This document shows positions 14,012 to 25,495 of a stretch of DNA of 64,000 nt, piece by piece. Within the stretch, counting starts at the first letter, position 1; each line of letters starts with the position of its first letter. The position numbers and the translations under genes were made by a program. Under the pieces are notes generated by a model, which made no database searches, had not been told where the DNA came from, and worked only from the letters and a program-made list of their open reading frames with translations. This stretch comes from Eledone cirrhosa (Eukaryota), in NCBI GenBank assembly GCA_964016885.1, contig OZ024743.1:47988001-48052000 (forward strand). The letters are read 5' to 3'.

Positions 14012-16594
14012 AAGGAAGAACATTTACAGTCGGACAATATAGAGGGACAGTGGGAATTTCTGAAAGCAAACCTGCTGATGGCGACAGACGAAGTCTGTGG
14101 CTGGAGCAGGCCTGTAGGCAGGAGGAGAGTAACATGGTGGTGGAACAGTAAAGTGGAGGGGTCAATTAAGGCCAAAAAGCAGGCTTGGAAAGTATGGCGG
14201 GATGGGGGAAGTAGAGAAGACTATCAAGTGGCCAGGAGGGAAGCTAGGAGACAAGTGTACTTCGCAAGAAGGGAAGCAGAGGAAAGAAAGTTCAAGCATG
14301 TTCTACAACGCGAGGACCAAAAACGTGAGGTGTTCACGATTGCTAGGCAATGTGTCAAGGAAAACCGTGATATTGTCGGGGAGAAGTGTGTACTTAATGA
14401 TGACGGCGTACTTGCCATCACCGACGCTGATAAGAAGGTAGCTTGGAAGTGTCACTATGAAAGGCTACTAAATGAGGAGAATAAATGGGAGAAAGACAGT
14501 CTCCCCCACATCGACCCAATAGAGGGACCAGCAGTATTAGTCGAGGGTAGTATAATAAGTAAGGCAATCAAGGATATGAAGACGGGTAAGGCGGCTGGGC
14601 CTTCGGAAATAGTTGCTGAGATGCTGAAGGCATCTGGCACGGTGGGACACACCATGGTCACCCGGATAGTTAACCAAGTCGTACAGAATGGGGTTGTTCC
14701 GAAGGACTGGCATAGCAGCATCATCGTTAACTGTTATAAGGGTAAAGGAGATGCCCTAGATAGGAGTAACTATAGAGGCATTAAATTAATCGACCAGGTC
14801 ATGAAGGTCACGGCAAAAGTAATAGCGCAACTAATCAGAGAGAGAATTGACCTAGATGAAATGCAGTTCGGGTTTGTGTCAGGCAAAAGTACCACAGACG
14901 CTCTTTTCATTGTACGACAACTACAGGAGAAGTACCTAGCTAAAGGTAAACCCCTCTACTTAGCTTTTGTCGACTTGGAGAAAGCCTTCGACAGAGTCCC
15001 CCGTTCCATTATCTGGTGGGCCCTTAGAAAACTAGGTGTCGACGAATGGCTTGTGAGAGCTATACAAGCCATGTATAAAGAAACAGTCAGCAAGGTTAGA
15101 ATTAACAACGAATATAGTGAAGAGTTTAGCGTAAAAGTTGGCGTCCATCAGGGCTCTGTTCTCAGCCCCCTACTATTTATTATTGCCCTTCAGGCTATAA
15201 CAGAGGAGTTCAAGACCGGCTGCCCATGGGAACTCCTATACGCAGACGACCTAACACTCATAGCTGAATCAATGGCCGAGCTAGAGAAGAAATTCCAAAC
15301 ATGGCAGCACGGCCTAGAATCAAAAGGCCTTAAAATTAATCTGGCTAAGACCAAAGTTCTAGTTTGTAGGAAAGAAAATAAGGCGGCGGTCCCTTCCGGG
15401 AAGTGGCCATGCTCAGTGTGTAGGAAGGGCGTAGGTAGAAACTCCATTTTGTGTCAGAAATGCAAAGTATGGGTGCATAAAAGATGTAGTGGGATCACAG
15501 GTAAGCTAACTAAGAACATAGATTTCACATGTGGCCGGTGCTCTGGTGCAATAAGTAGCAGCAAGTGCCCACAAAATACTAGCTCTTTCAACTGCGCAGA
15601 GGGCTCTATAGAAATAGTGGACAGCTTCCGTTACCTGGGTGACAAAATCAGCAGTGGGGGAGGGTGCTCTGAAAGTACAGTAGCTAGAGTCAGAACTGGA
15701 TGGAAAAAGTTCAGAGAGCTTATACCACTATTAGCCGCTAAAGGGTTCTCCCTAAAAACGAAAGGCAGGTTGTATGATGCCTGCATACGAACAGCAATGT
15801 TGCATGGCAGTGAGACCTGGGCATTGTGTGCAGAGGATATACGCAGACTAGAGAGAAACGAAGCTTGCATGCTCCGCTGGATGTGTAATAGTAATATACG
15901 TGAACGGCAAAGCATAAACGAACTAAGGAAAAAATTAGAAATAAGAGGGATCAGATGTTGTTTACTCGAGAGAAGGCTACGTTGGTATGGACACGTGATG
16001 CGCATGAAAGTCGATAGCTGTATAACAAAGTGCAGGGCAATAAAGATAGACGGTAGCCACGGAATAGGCAGACCTAGAAAAACCTGGGACGAGCTGATAA
16101 ACTCCGACCTCACACACTTACACCTCTCCAAGACAATGTCACTGGACCGAGACCTTTGGCGGTACTCAGTAATAGAGAAGACCCGCCTTACCTAAATACA
16201 TAGTAAAACCTACTACAGTCAGTAGGCATCTCTAACAAAATACACCCCCGTCCCACCACCCCCACCCCATCCACACCGCCCCCTTCTATGTAAAGTTATG
16301 TTGGTGCCACAACATCCAGGCCGAAACGAATGAGATCGTGTAGGTGTCACGACAAAAATACACAGTCCACGCTGTAATGTGGCCGTGTAGGCAACACGGT
16401 AAAAACCTCCCAGACCCACACTGTAAATGTGGTTGGTGTTAGGAAGGGCATCCAACTGTAGAAAACCTGCCAGACAGTCCTATGCGAGCAAGACAATCAC
16501 TCTTGCCTCAAGTGGGAAAACCCCCCTCCAAACCCATGCAAGCGTGGAACACGGACGTTAAACGTTGATGATGATGATGATGATGATGATGATG
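14012..16594 (+). mobile_element. 5'-truncated RTE-clade LINE (subfamily A): open RT ORF to 16195 with internal PHD finger, 3' UTR and (GAT)n tail
   Basis: RT motifs NYRGI, QFGF, FVDLEKAFD, GVHQGSVLSP, LLYADD, FRYLG, RLRWYGHV, GRPRKTW. No APE domain. Inserted in a TA run in an M6PR intron. Confidence 0.95.
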
Positions 16595-16621
16595 TATATG
16601 TATATATTCATACTTTAACAG

Positions 16622-16707
16622 ATAACTGGGTGTCTCTGGAGTATACAAATAAGTATAATAACATGAAGGCCCTTATTATGATCGTCTGTGATGAAACTGT
16701 AACTAAT
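16622..16707 (+). CDS. M6PR: CD-MPR homologue exon
   Basis: AACAG|AT...AAT|GTAAGT; (N)NWVSLEYTNKYNNMKALIMIVCDETVTN aligns with NWIMLIY...RRAVVMISC. Confidence 0.85.
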
Positions 16708-16869
16708 GTAAGTTTTGTTTATTTATTATTTAATTAGTCAGGGAAATGCTCATGTCTCTTGTAGAACTCTATCAGACTGATGATCGTGTTTAGTGTGAAC
16801 ATCTATAGAAGGGGAGTGGAATGGTAGTAGTTCACTTGCCTTCACAAAAACTGAGAAGGAGTTTGTATA

Positions 16870-17460
16870 TAGAATATGCACAGGAGTAGTTAACTGTTAG
16901 AGCACACCTGGAATGGATTCTTTCAAATGATTGGAAGGCTCAATGAAGGTAGTTGATACCTTTTGTTACCTTAGTGGCTCAATCAGCAGTAGAAGAGGAT
17001 GTACTTAAGCATGTAGCCAGAAAATTAACAGGGACCTAAACCCTTTGCTGGCAACAAAGGGATTCTCTCTCTTAGCAAAGAGCAGCTTGCATGATGCTTG
17101 TGTATGAAGTGAAATGTTGCATGGTAGCAAAACATTGGTATTGAATGTAGAGGGTGTGCAAAAGCTGAAAAGAAATGTGGTGAGCATACTCCACTGGATG
17201 TGTAATATTAGTATGCACAAATGACAGAATTCAAATGAGCTATAAGAAAAATCAGCTCTAGTGTGCAAAAGAGAAACCTGAACTAGTATGGACATGTGAT
17301 GTATATGGAGGATGATAGTTGGGTAAAGAAGTGCTAGTGAAGGCTGATATCAAGATACTAAACCCCACGTAGGAGATTGCAGTGGTCAACAAATGGTGAG
17401 ATATTGTAGAGAAAACTAGCTCAACCTATGCAAGCATGTAAAATGATAATAATGATGATA
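16870..17460 (+). mobile_element. Degenerate RTE LINE 3' fragment
   Basis: Frameshifted LLATKGFSL...YDAC...MLHGS...WMCN..YGHV similarity to the 14-kb LINE; ends in a GAT/AAT tail. Confidence 0.8.
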
Positions 17461-17556
17461 CGCACATAATGTTTAATGTTGAAAATTTTGTGTTTCTTGT
17501 ATGTTGTATGTTCTTGTTTCTGGTTTTCAAATGCTGACTTGGTTTGTCTTTTACAG

Positions 17557-17687
17557 GATGACCCCCAAATTCAAGTTCTCACTGCAGGCTTCCAGAAATA
17601 TAACAAATACAATGTGTTTAAACTTTCACATCCGTCTGTCTGTAAGAAACAACCATCAATAAGTGTTGGATCTATCATTGTAATTGT
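17557..17687 (+). CDS. M6PR: CD-MPR homologue exon (end of luminal domain, start of TM)
   Basis: TTACAG|GAT...GT|GTAAGT; DDPQIQVLTAGFQKYNKYNVFKLSHPSVCKKQPSISVGSIIVIV; SVGSI motif as in CD-MPR. Confidence 0.9.
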
Positions 17688-17726
17688 GTAAGTTCAAACA
17701 GTATCAATAACTATTTATTATTTTAT

Positions 17727-17919
17727 GGCTGTGGATTGGCAGTATCGGTAGAGGGTCGGACGCCATGCTTTGCAGCATAGAGTTACGGCCCTTTACGGTC
17801 TGAGTTCAAATCCCGTCGAGGTCAACTTTGTCTTTTATCCTTACGGGTTTGATAAAATAAAGTAACAGTAATGCATTGGAGTAATTGCTGGCCTTGTGCT
17901 AAAAGTAGAAACAATTATT
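17727..17919 (+). mobile_element. tRNA-derived SINE, near full length
   Basis: A-box TGGCAGTATCGG, B-box GAGTTCAAATCC, conserved core ending GATAAAATAAAGTA, ATT tail; many copies in the window. Confidence 0.85.
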
Positions 17920-20045
17920 TTAGTTGTAGTTAGAGATATGGCTGCTATCTCTAGCAGGTCGACCGACCTAGTAGAATTTCTCTTGTTGGCTCAAAGTGGT
18001 AGTGTTATTAGACCTTACTATTCCTGTCTGGGATCACGTTTCAAGATTTGATGGTGTGGTTTGCAATGTAAAAGTATGAACATCACCCAACTCGGGCCTT
18101 AACATGTTTGTTTTGTTACAAGTTAATGAAATTTCATCTGATCCAAGTTATGCAGCAAGATTTAACTGCCTTAGAACGATCTACTATACTCGTTGTCTAC
18201 CATCACACTTTTCAGTCAACAAATCGGTACTGAGTCAAATACATTTATGAATAGGCTAAAGCAGATGGGGTAGGGATCAGGTGAGCCAGTTAACATGGGC
18301 CTAATCTCCTGAAGTTCAACTTTCATTTTTCTGTTTTCTTTCTTGTAAGTACATGTATATATCCATAATCCATACTTTTATATTTAGCATGGATTACTAA
18401 AATACTTAAATAAGCAATTTGAAATGGGGGCCTATAGTTTGGGTTTATTACCAATTTTAGGAGCCCATATTTTACATCTGGCCTGGGTTTATCAGTTTTG
18501 GGAGAATTCACTTTACACCTGATCTGGGATCTATATTTTATATCTAACCTGGACTTATTACCTGTTTTGGTAGTGATGGTGTACATTTTACCTTTGGCCT
18601 GGGCTATTAAATATGCATTCCTACTATTCATATCAATGAAACATGTTCTGTCTAGGATACTTTTGGAATTTAAAAACAAACAAATTATATCAAAAGTTAA
18701 AACATTTATAAACATTAAGTGGTTTGTTATTGTGAAATTGTTATTTCCATGATGTATAATAATTGTTTCTACTTTTGGCATGATGTATAATAATAGATGT
18801 TTGATAGACTTTACATGTATGGTAGCTACAAACATCTGTTTGTAATATGTCTTTGTGAACAATACAGAAACATATCAAAGTCAAACAGTCTGATTAGTTA
18901 AATTTGTATATTTATTTAGTAAATGTCGTTGGTGTTAGGAAGGGTAATAAGCTGAAAAAACCCCGGCTGAATTTAGTTCCGTCAGAGCACAGTATGGCGT
19001 GATCAATGCTGGCCAGACTTGTCTCTCAACACGGACAACCCATCTGACCCATGCAAGCATGGAAAAATGGACGATGATGATGATGATGATGATTTACTTA
19101 CTGATTTTCTTATTGCTACCTTGGTATGCACAGGAAGGACTATATATTGCTAATTAAGTCAGGACAGACCAAAATATGTCTGCAGTTGTCACCTGTACTA
19201 AGCAGAACATTAAAAATACAAAGATATTAGCTATTGGCTAACATGATTTTTTTTTTATTCTGAATACATAATAATTATTTCTAGTTAGCTTTTTATGTTA
19301 ATTTTTGCCTAAATAATCATAATCATAATCACCATCGTTTTCCATTCTTCCATAAGTTGGAATGAGACCTTTTGAAGTTGGTTTTCTACAACAAAATGCC
19401 CATCCTGATGCAAACCCATACCTTATTTTTAAGTGTAGTGTATACTGCTAACGTTCATCAAGCTGCTATACTGCTGGATGTATTCTTATGGGGCACATAA
19501 AAAATGTCACTGTATTTATAAATGGTGTTGATATGATGCTTGCAGTGACTGGCACACTCACACATACTTCTGTAACATGGTAGTGCTGTGGTGCCATGGT
19601 AAAATGCACCTAATACACTCTATTAAATGGGTGGTTATTGAATGGAGACAATATAGGGTAGAGAGGACTTGCTGATCTTTCTGGGGACATGAAAACCTCT
19701 CTAGTGTTAGTACACCCAATATTCTCTGAAACATGGCTGGCTTTAGGGAGGGCATCCAGCTGTATAAACCATTAAGAAATATGAGACATGAGCAAGATAT
19801 AGTTCTCTGGCCCATCTAATCTCAGGCCATGATGGTGATGATAATACAACAGGCTCCCTTGCAGTTTCCATCTACTAAATTCACTCCCAAAACCTTAGTC
19901 AGCCTGGGGTTATAGTAGGAGACTCTTTCCCAAAGTGACACTGTGGGACCAGACCACTTCATAGACTAAATTGTGATTTGTAATTAAATTAATACATATC
20001 ATTATTTCTTTCTAAAATATATTTTAAATGTTTCATCTTTGACAG

Positions 20046-20172
20046 CTTTGTCAGTATTGTAGCTGCCTACTTTGTTATTGGTTTCTTATACATGAGGTTT
20101 GTCTTAGAAGCCAAGGGCCTTGAACAAATACCAAATTATGGATTCTGGCAAGATTTTGGTAATTTATTGGCT
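20046..20172 (+). CDS. M6PR: CD-MPR homologue exon (TM and juxtamembrane tail)
   Basis: GACAG|C...GCT|GTAAGT; [42 protein letters not shown] vs human [31 protein letters not shown]. Confidence 0.95.
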
Positions 20173-20339
20173 GTAAGTAGATTTTTAATTAAGATTCTAT
20201 TATTACACCTAGTATATAATCTGTTGTTTTATGGATGAAATAAGTAACATTCAGATTCATTCAGATTCTTTGTCAAACTTTAACATTTTGTGGAGGTGAA
20301 ACCAGCAGAGTGAGCAGGTTTAAGGATGAATTTGAAGTC

Positions 20340-20900
20340 CCCAATATACTTATTTATCATTGTTCTTCAGGTCATAGCTAAAATGTCTGGGACTGGCACT
20401 CCATGGGAGGAGTTGGAGGTGGAATCTGGAACTGAGGGTCATAAAAGTAAGCTTGGTGGAAACTAAGGTTTTGATAGGAACCTGACACTGTCTGGGAAGT
20501 GGCCTTGTTCAATATGTCAAAAAGGGTTGCGCAGAAGTTTCATCAGATGCACGCAGTGTAATCTATGGATGCACAAGAGATGTAGCAGGAGACGATAGAT
20601 TTTGTATGCAGCAGATGCATGGGGAAAGTAAGTACAAGGAGTATGTGTGAAATAGATTCCTTCAATTGCCTGCAAGGTCCTCTAGAGGTTGTTAACAGGT
20701 GACCTAGTCTGCAAGGGTGGAGATGCTCTAAAAATGTGGTAGATGGAGTAAGAACAGGCTGGAGAAGGTTTAGGGGACTAGTAACGCTGCTAACAATGGA
20801 GAGCTTCTTGGAGTGTGAGATAGGGTATGTGGTGTCTGCATGTGAGAGGAGCTGTGAGTGCTTGAGTAGAGTGAGACAAAGATGTTTGACTAAAGTCAAT
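20340..20900 (+). mobile_element. Old RTE LINE fragment retaining a PHD remnant
   Basis: GKWPCSICQKG...CTQCNLWMHKRCS and VRTGWRRFR remnants. Confidence 0.75.
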
Positions 20901-21850
20901 GACCAACAGCCGTCATGGTGCCATGGTGAAGGCCTTTAGCAATAGAAACGATGTCAAAAAGAATTCAAAAAAGATTTTAAAGTTGTATTAAGGGCATAAC
21001 AAACTAGTGCTGGTGCCATGAAAAATACACCCAGAATACCCTGAAGTGGTTGGTGTTGGAAAAGTAGCCAGCCATATAAAAGTTGCTAAACAAAAGGTTG
21101 AGAGGAATCTTCAGTTGTTGTGTCAAAGACATGATGACTTCTTTATTGGTTCCATGATAAAATGCACAGTGCACTCTGGAGTGTGGGAATGTATATAAGC
21201 AAGAATACAGCCTCATTTGAGAGATGAATGGCCACGATTAAGTACAGACTTGGTCTCTGATAAGCTGGCCAACTCTAACTAGCAGGGAAAACAGGCATTA
21301 AATGATATGTCGGCAACATCGTCATTACATTTGCTTTCCTTGCTGGCATAGGTTGGACAGGTTGTCACAGTCTGAGACCAGGCGGGTCAGTGTGACCTCA
21401 TCATCTTATACGTTCCATATTTTACAGAGTGCACTGTGTGCTTTATTCATGGCATTAGCACTACCACTTTACAGAGTGAACTGGGTGCATTTTATCATGA
21501 CACTAGCAGTATAGAGAGTATCAAATATTCATCCAAACACTTAAGTCCCCTCAGACTCTATATTGTCTCTGTTCAATCACTAATCAGTGCTTGTACTGAT
21601 AGATGAGTCCTTTGTACTATGACATATCACCAGTAGTACTCTTGGTTGTGAGGTTGTTTTTTATAACTTCATCCCATATCTTCCTTAGACTTACTCTTCC
21701 ATAGGTTCCTTTATCACAAGACTTCTTCTACGGCCCTGAAAATGATCATGAGCACTGCCCCCCCCCCCCCTGATTAAAAGCATTTAAAAAAATATTTCAG
21801 TCTAGTGGTGTCTTAAATTTTAATGATTGTTTTTCTGACTTTTCTTCAAG

Positions 21851-21970
21851 GACGGCTGTAACTTAACATGTCGGTCAGGAAGTTCAACTCAACAGAAAGT
21901 TTACAAGGGAATTGGTGATGACCAACTTGAAGAGGAAGATGAACGAGATGAGCACTTGCTTCCAATGTGA
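21851..21970 (+). CDS. M6PR: CD-MPR homologue terminal exon (cytoplasmic sorting tail)
   Basis: TTCAAG|DGCNLTCRSGSSTQQKVYKGIGDDQLEEEDERDEHLLPM*, matching CD-MPR DGCDFVCRS...YRGVGDDQL...ERDDHLLPM. Confidence 0.96.
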   Translation, partial: DGCNLTCRSGSSTQQKVYKGIGDDQLEEEDERDEHLLPM

Positions 21971-22869
21971 AATATAGAAGCAATATAAAAAAAACACTAC
22001 ACATATTCAAGTCACATCTGTATCTGAGATAATATAGAGCATTATCAGTTAAGTGCTCAATACCATTAAACAGTCTTTCTGGTAATTTTGTCAAGAAGGA
22101 ACTCACAGTCTTGTGTCCAATTCTTTATATTTTCAAATCTAAATCCTAGCATTAAATTTAAAAAATATATATATATATATACTTCTTTATAAAAATACAA
22201 ATTTCTTCTTACCTACTTAGCCACACATACATTCTCTATGACAACAGCTTTCAAATGCTAAAATTACCTAAAAATCTGTCCAGAGGTGCTATTATAGATA
22301 GAAATTGGTTAAATATGTTATAGTTTGATTTTCTTTTAAAAGTTTATATTTCAATTAAGAGAAACTAAATGCTGTAATATTTGTTTTTGGACTGTTCACA
22401 AGTTTTTTGTTTAATTCTTCTAATCTGCATTGAAGTTTCTCTCTCCATCTGTGTCTCTGTTTTACATATTTCATTACAATTGGTTTCTGGATTTTACCTA
22501 ACATTCTCTCTCTATATATATATAATGTGTGTGTGTGTATATGTGTATATATATTTCTTTGCCTTGTCTTTCCAAATACATTTTCAATGAAGATCATTTC
22601 ACTTGACAAAAAAGAGTTTTGAAATAAATTCTTTGTTTCTTTTTTTTTTACTCTTGCAATTCTTGTGTTGATATTTTAAAAACCATGTTTTTTTCTTCTC
22701 TCCAGAATGCAATAAAATGTAGTAACATCAGTTTTAATATTTTATTTTTCATATAAAATCCTGTTGTAAGGCGTAATTAGAGGTTCAATCTTCTGTGGGA
22801 TTGTAGAATCCCTTTTATATAATTATTATTTTCACAAACAAAATGACATATATTGTGCCACTATATATA

Positions 22870-23150
22870 ACTGGTACTCCGTTGGTTATGACGAGTATTC
22901 CAGTTGATACGATCAATGGAACAGCTTACTCATGAAATTAACCTGCAAGTGACTGAGCATTCCACAGACTCGTGCACTTTTAATGTAATTCTCAGGGAGA
23001 TTCAGCATGACAAAGCTGTCTCTTCAAATTACAGTTACAACTCATTTTTGCTTGCTGAGTCTGGAGCAATGTGAAATAAAATGTCTTGCTCAAGAACAAA
23101 ACGCACTGCCGGAAATCGAACTCATGACCTTACGATTGTGAGCCAAATAC
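22870..23150 (-). mobile_element. tRNA-derived CORE-type SINE
   Basis: Reverse complement has GAGTTCGATTTCC (B-box) and TTGAGCAAGACA; relatives at 33800-34125, 41211-41550 and 46660-46985. Confidence 0.65.
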
Positions 23151-23864
23151 CCTATAAAGTCATATCTATGAGGGATGACAGTGTAAATATGGTTAAGAAT
23201 GTCCTTGAAACCCTATCATTTTATATCAGTGTGGGTTTGATTCCTGGTCTGGACAGTACATTGTGCTTGAGCAAGACACTTTGTTGCAGATTGCTAAGCT
23301 TTTGGTCCATTAGGGGAGGTCTTGTACTCTTAGTCACTTAATGTCACTGGAATTAGGACAAGCTCCAGACTTTTAATTTTAACTGTTTTGCTACTTCCTG
23401 GTACCATGATACAAAACTTTTTAATTGTTCATATTCATCTAAAAACCTTCCATCATAAAAACATTTCTTGAGTTGTGGTTCAAAAACCAACTTTATAAGA
23501 ATGTTAGTTTATATAACTAAATCCCTTCAAATTCATTTTAAAATCATAAACAATGTATTTCATTAGAAATATTTTAACTAAATCTGATGACAAAAATAAA
23601 AGAAACACAGAAATAAACTGAGACAAGAAAAAATTTAAAGTAAAAAAATATTTTTATATTATTTTTGTTTTTACACAGCAGTTTATCTGCTGTCAATGGA
23701 ATGAAATATAAAATATTTATATATATTTTTTTCAAGAATATCAAAGATTGTAAAATACAATAAGTTGGTAGTATGTAACCAATTTTTTTTAACAATTTAA
23801 TCATGGAAGTTTTATGACAGTAGAGTCACCAGATCTTCTAAAATGTTGAATATTATATATAATA

Positions 23865-24610
23865 ATTTCAAATTTAGACACAAAGCCAACAATTTGTGGG
23901 TATGGGGTAAGTCGATTACATTGACCCCAGTATGTAACTGGAACTTTATTTTATCAACCCCGGAAGGTTGAAAGACAAAGTTGACCTTGGTGGAATTTAA
24001 ACTTGGAATGTAAAGGGCCAGAATAAATATCAATGACATTTTATCCGATGCTCTACCAATTCTGCCAATCCACCACCATATTTGTCATACATAATAATAA
24101 AAATGATTTCTAATTTAAGCATGAGGCCAGCAATTTTGAGTGATGAAAAAGTCGATTAAGCTGATCCCAGTACTTGACTGGTACTTTATTTTATCAACCC
24201 TAGAAGGATGAAAGTCATAGTTGACCTCAGCATGATGAAAACATAAAAAGTCAGAACAAACACTTTAAAGATTTTTGTCCAACATTTTACCGGTTCTGCC
24301 AACCCACGACAATAATTATCTAAAACTTCAATAGCAATAACAAAATGAGAGAATAAATTAAAGTGGAAATTAGAAACACTTCAATTAAAACACTTTTACC
24401 CCAATTTGATCTCAGTAATAATTGTTTCTACTTTTGGCACAAGGCCAGCAATTATCCCAGTGCATTACTGGTACTTTATTTTATCAACCCTGTAAGGATA
24501 AAAGGCAAAGTTAACCTCGGTGGGATTTGAACTCAGAATGGAAAGGGCCGTAACTCCTTGCGTCAAAGCATGGCGTCCCATCCTCTACCGATACTGCCAA
24601 TCCACCGCCT
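23865..24610 (-). mobile_element. Cluster of three tRNA-derived SINEs
   Basis: Three copies of ACTGG..CTTTATTTTATCAACCC...AAAGTTGACCT...CTGCCAATCCACC. Confidence 0.85.
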
Positions 24611-24834
24611 ATGTCAGTAATAATAATAATAACATAATACAACAGTTAAAGACACTGGTTTGTTTTGGGATTACTGTTAATAGAATTTTGAAACTGAAAA
24701 ATCTTTCATGGATCTCTTTTTTGGGGCTTACATAAAAGCTATTCTCTAGAAGTAATAACAGATATAATTATATACATACACAGATGTTTTTAATAAAAAA
24801 AAAAAAAGCTCATATATTAAGGCTAAAAAGTGAG

Positions 24835-24884
24835 TCTTGTTACTCTGGAGTTTCACCTGTATACCACAGGGTCATCAGACAAGA
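24835..24884 (-). ncRNA. Type I hammerhead ribozyme motif (Penelope-type), one arm of a palindrome at 24813-24958
   Basis: Minus strand: TCTTGT-CTGATGA-C CCTGT ggtat ACAGG T-GAAA-CTC ca GAG-TA-ACAAGA; stems I, II, III and a GUA cleavage triplet. Confidence 0.72.
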
Positions 24885-24886
24885 GT

Positions 24887-24936
24887 TCTTGTTTGATGAC
24901 CCTGTGGTATACAGGTGAAACTTCAGCTTAACAAGA
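24887..24936 (+). ncRNA. Mutated inverted copy of the same hammerhead
   Basis: TCTTGT-tTGATGA-CCCTGTGGTATACAGGT-GAAA-CTTCAGCT-TA-ACAAGA; core C changed to T and stem III degraded. Confidence 0.55.
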
Positions 24937-25335
24937 CTCCCTATTTAGCCTTAATATAAATGAATATTAAAATTTACCTAATTTTTCTTCTTAAAGAAGA
25001 TTGAGGTAAAGAAAGATTTTATTCCTCATCCATCCAGCATGGTGCAATCAAATTAAATAATAATGCACGCATGTGTAAACCAATAAACAAGTATATATTT
25101 GTATAAACTGACAAAAAGACAGGCCTAAATGCCGCTAGAAATAGCAGTTAATATGGGTCGTCTTACCAGCTCAACATTAATTATGAGCAGTATTATTAAT
25201 TATATACAAATAAAATTTGTCACGAATATACATAACATCTCAATAAAAAGAGATTGTTAAGATATCTTATTCAGAGAAGTAAACATATATATAGAATATA
25301 TATATATATATATACATACACACACGTAAGATGTA

Positions 25336-25495
25336 TTGTGTCACCTTAGGTTTCAAGGACTAGGTATGGCAGCAACTGCTGTACATAGCAGTGCAAGACT
25401 TAGGCCTATGTCATCAGACACCGAGTGAATGTCTGAATGTTGTATACAGTCTACATTTGTTGCCATATCTAGACCTTGAAACCTAAGATGGTGCA
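25336..25495. repeat. Imperfect fold-back element next to a TA run
   Basis: CACCTTAGGTTTCAAGGACTAGGTATGGCAGCAA ... TTGTTGCCATATCTAGACCTTGAAACCTAAGATG. Confidence 0.75.

Noticed and set aside
15190-16131. Antisense ORFs over the LINEs (also 50167, 53131, 53617)
   Set aside because: Shadow frames of RT coding sequence; their recurrence reflects copy homology.
17727-17820. tRNA genes at A/B-box sequences
   Set aside because: No cloverleaf; they are heads of multi-copy SINEs with tails and TSDs.
18323-18862. 179-aa minus-strand ORF
   Set aside because: No recognisable motif; built from degenerate short repeats and AT-rich intron.
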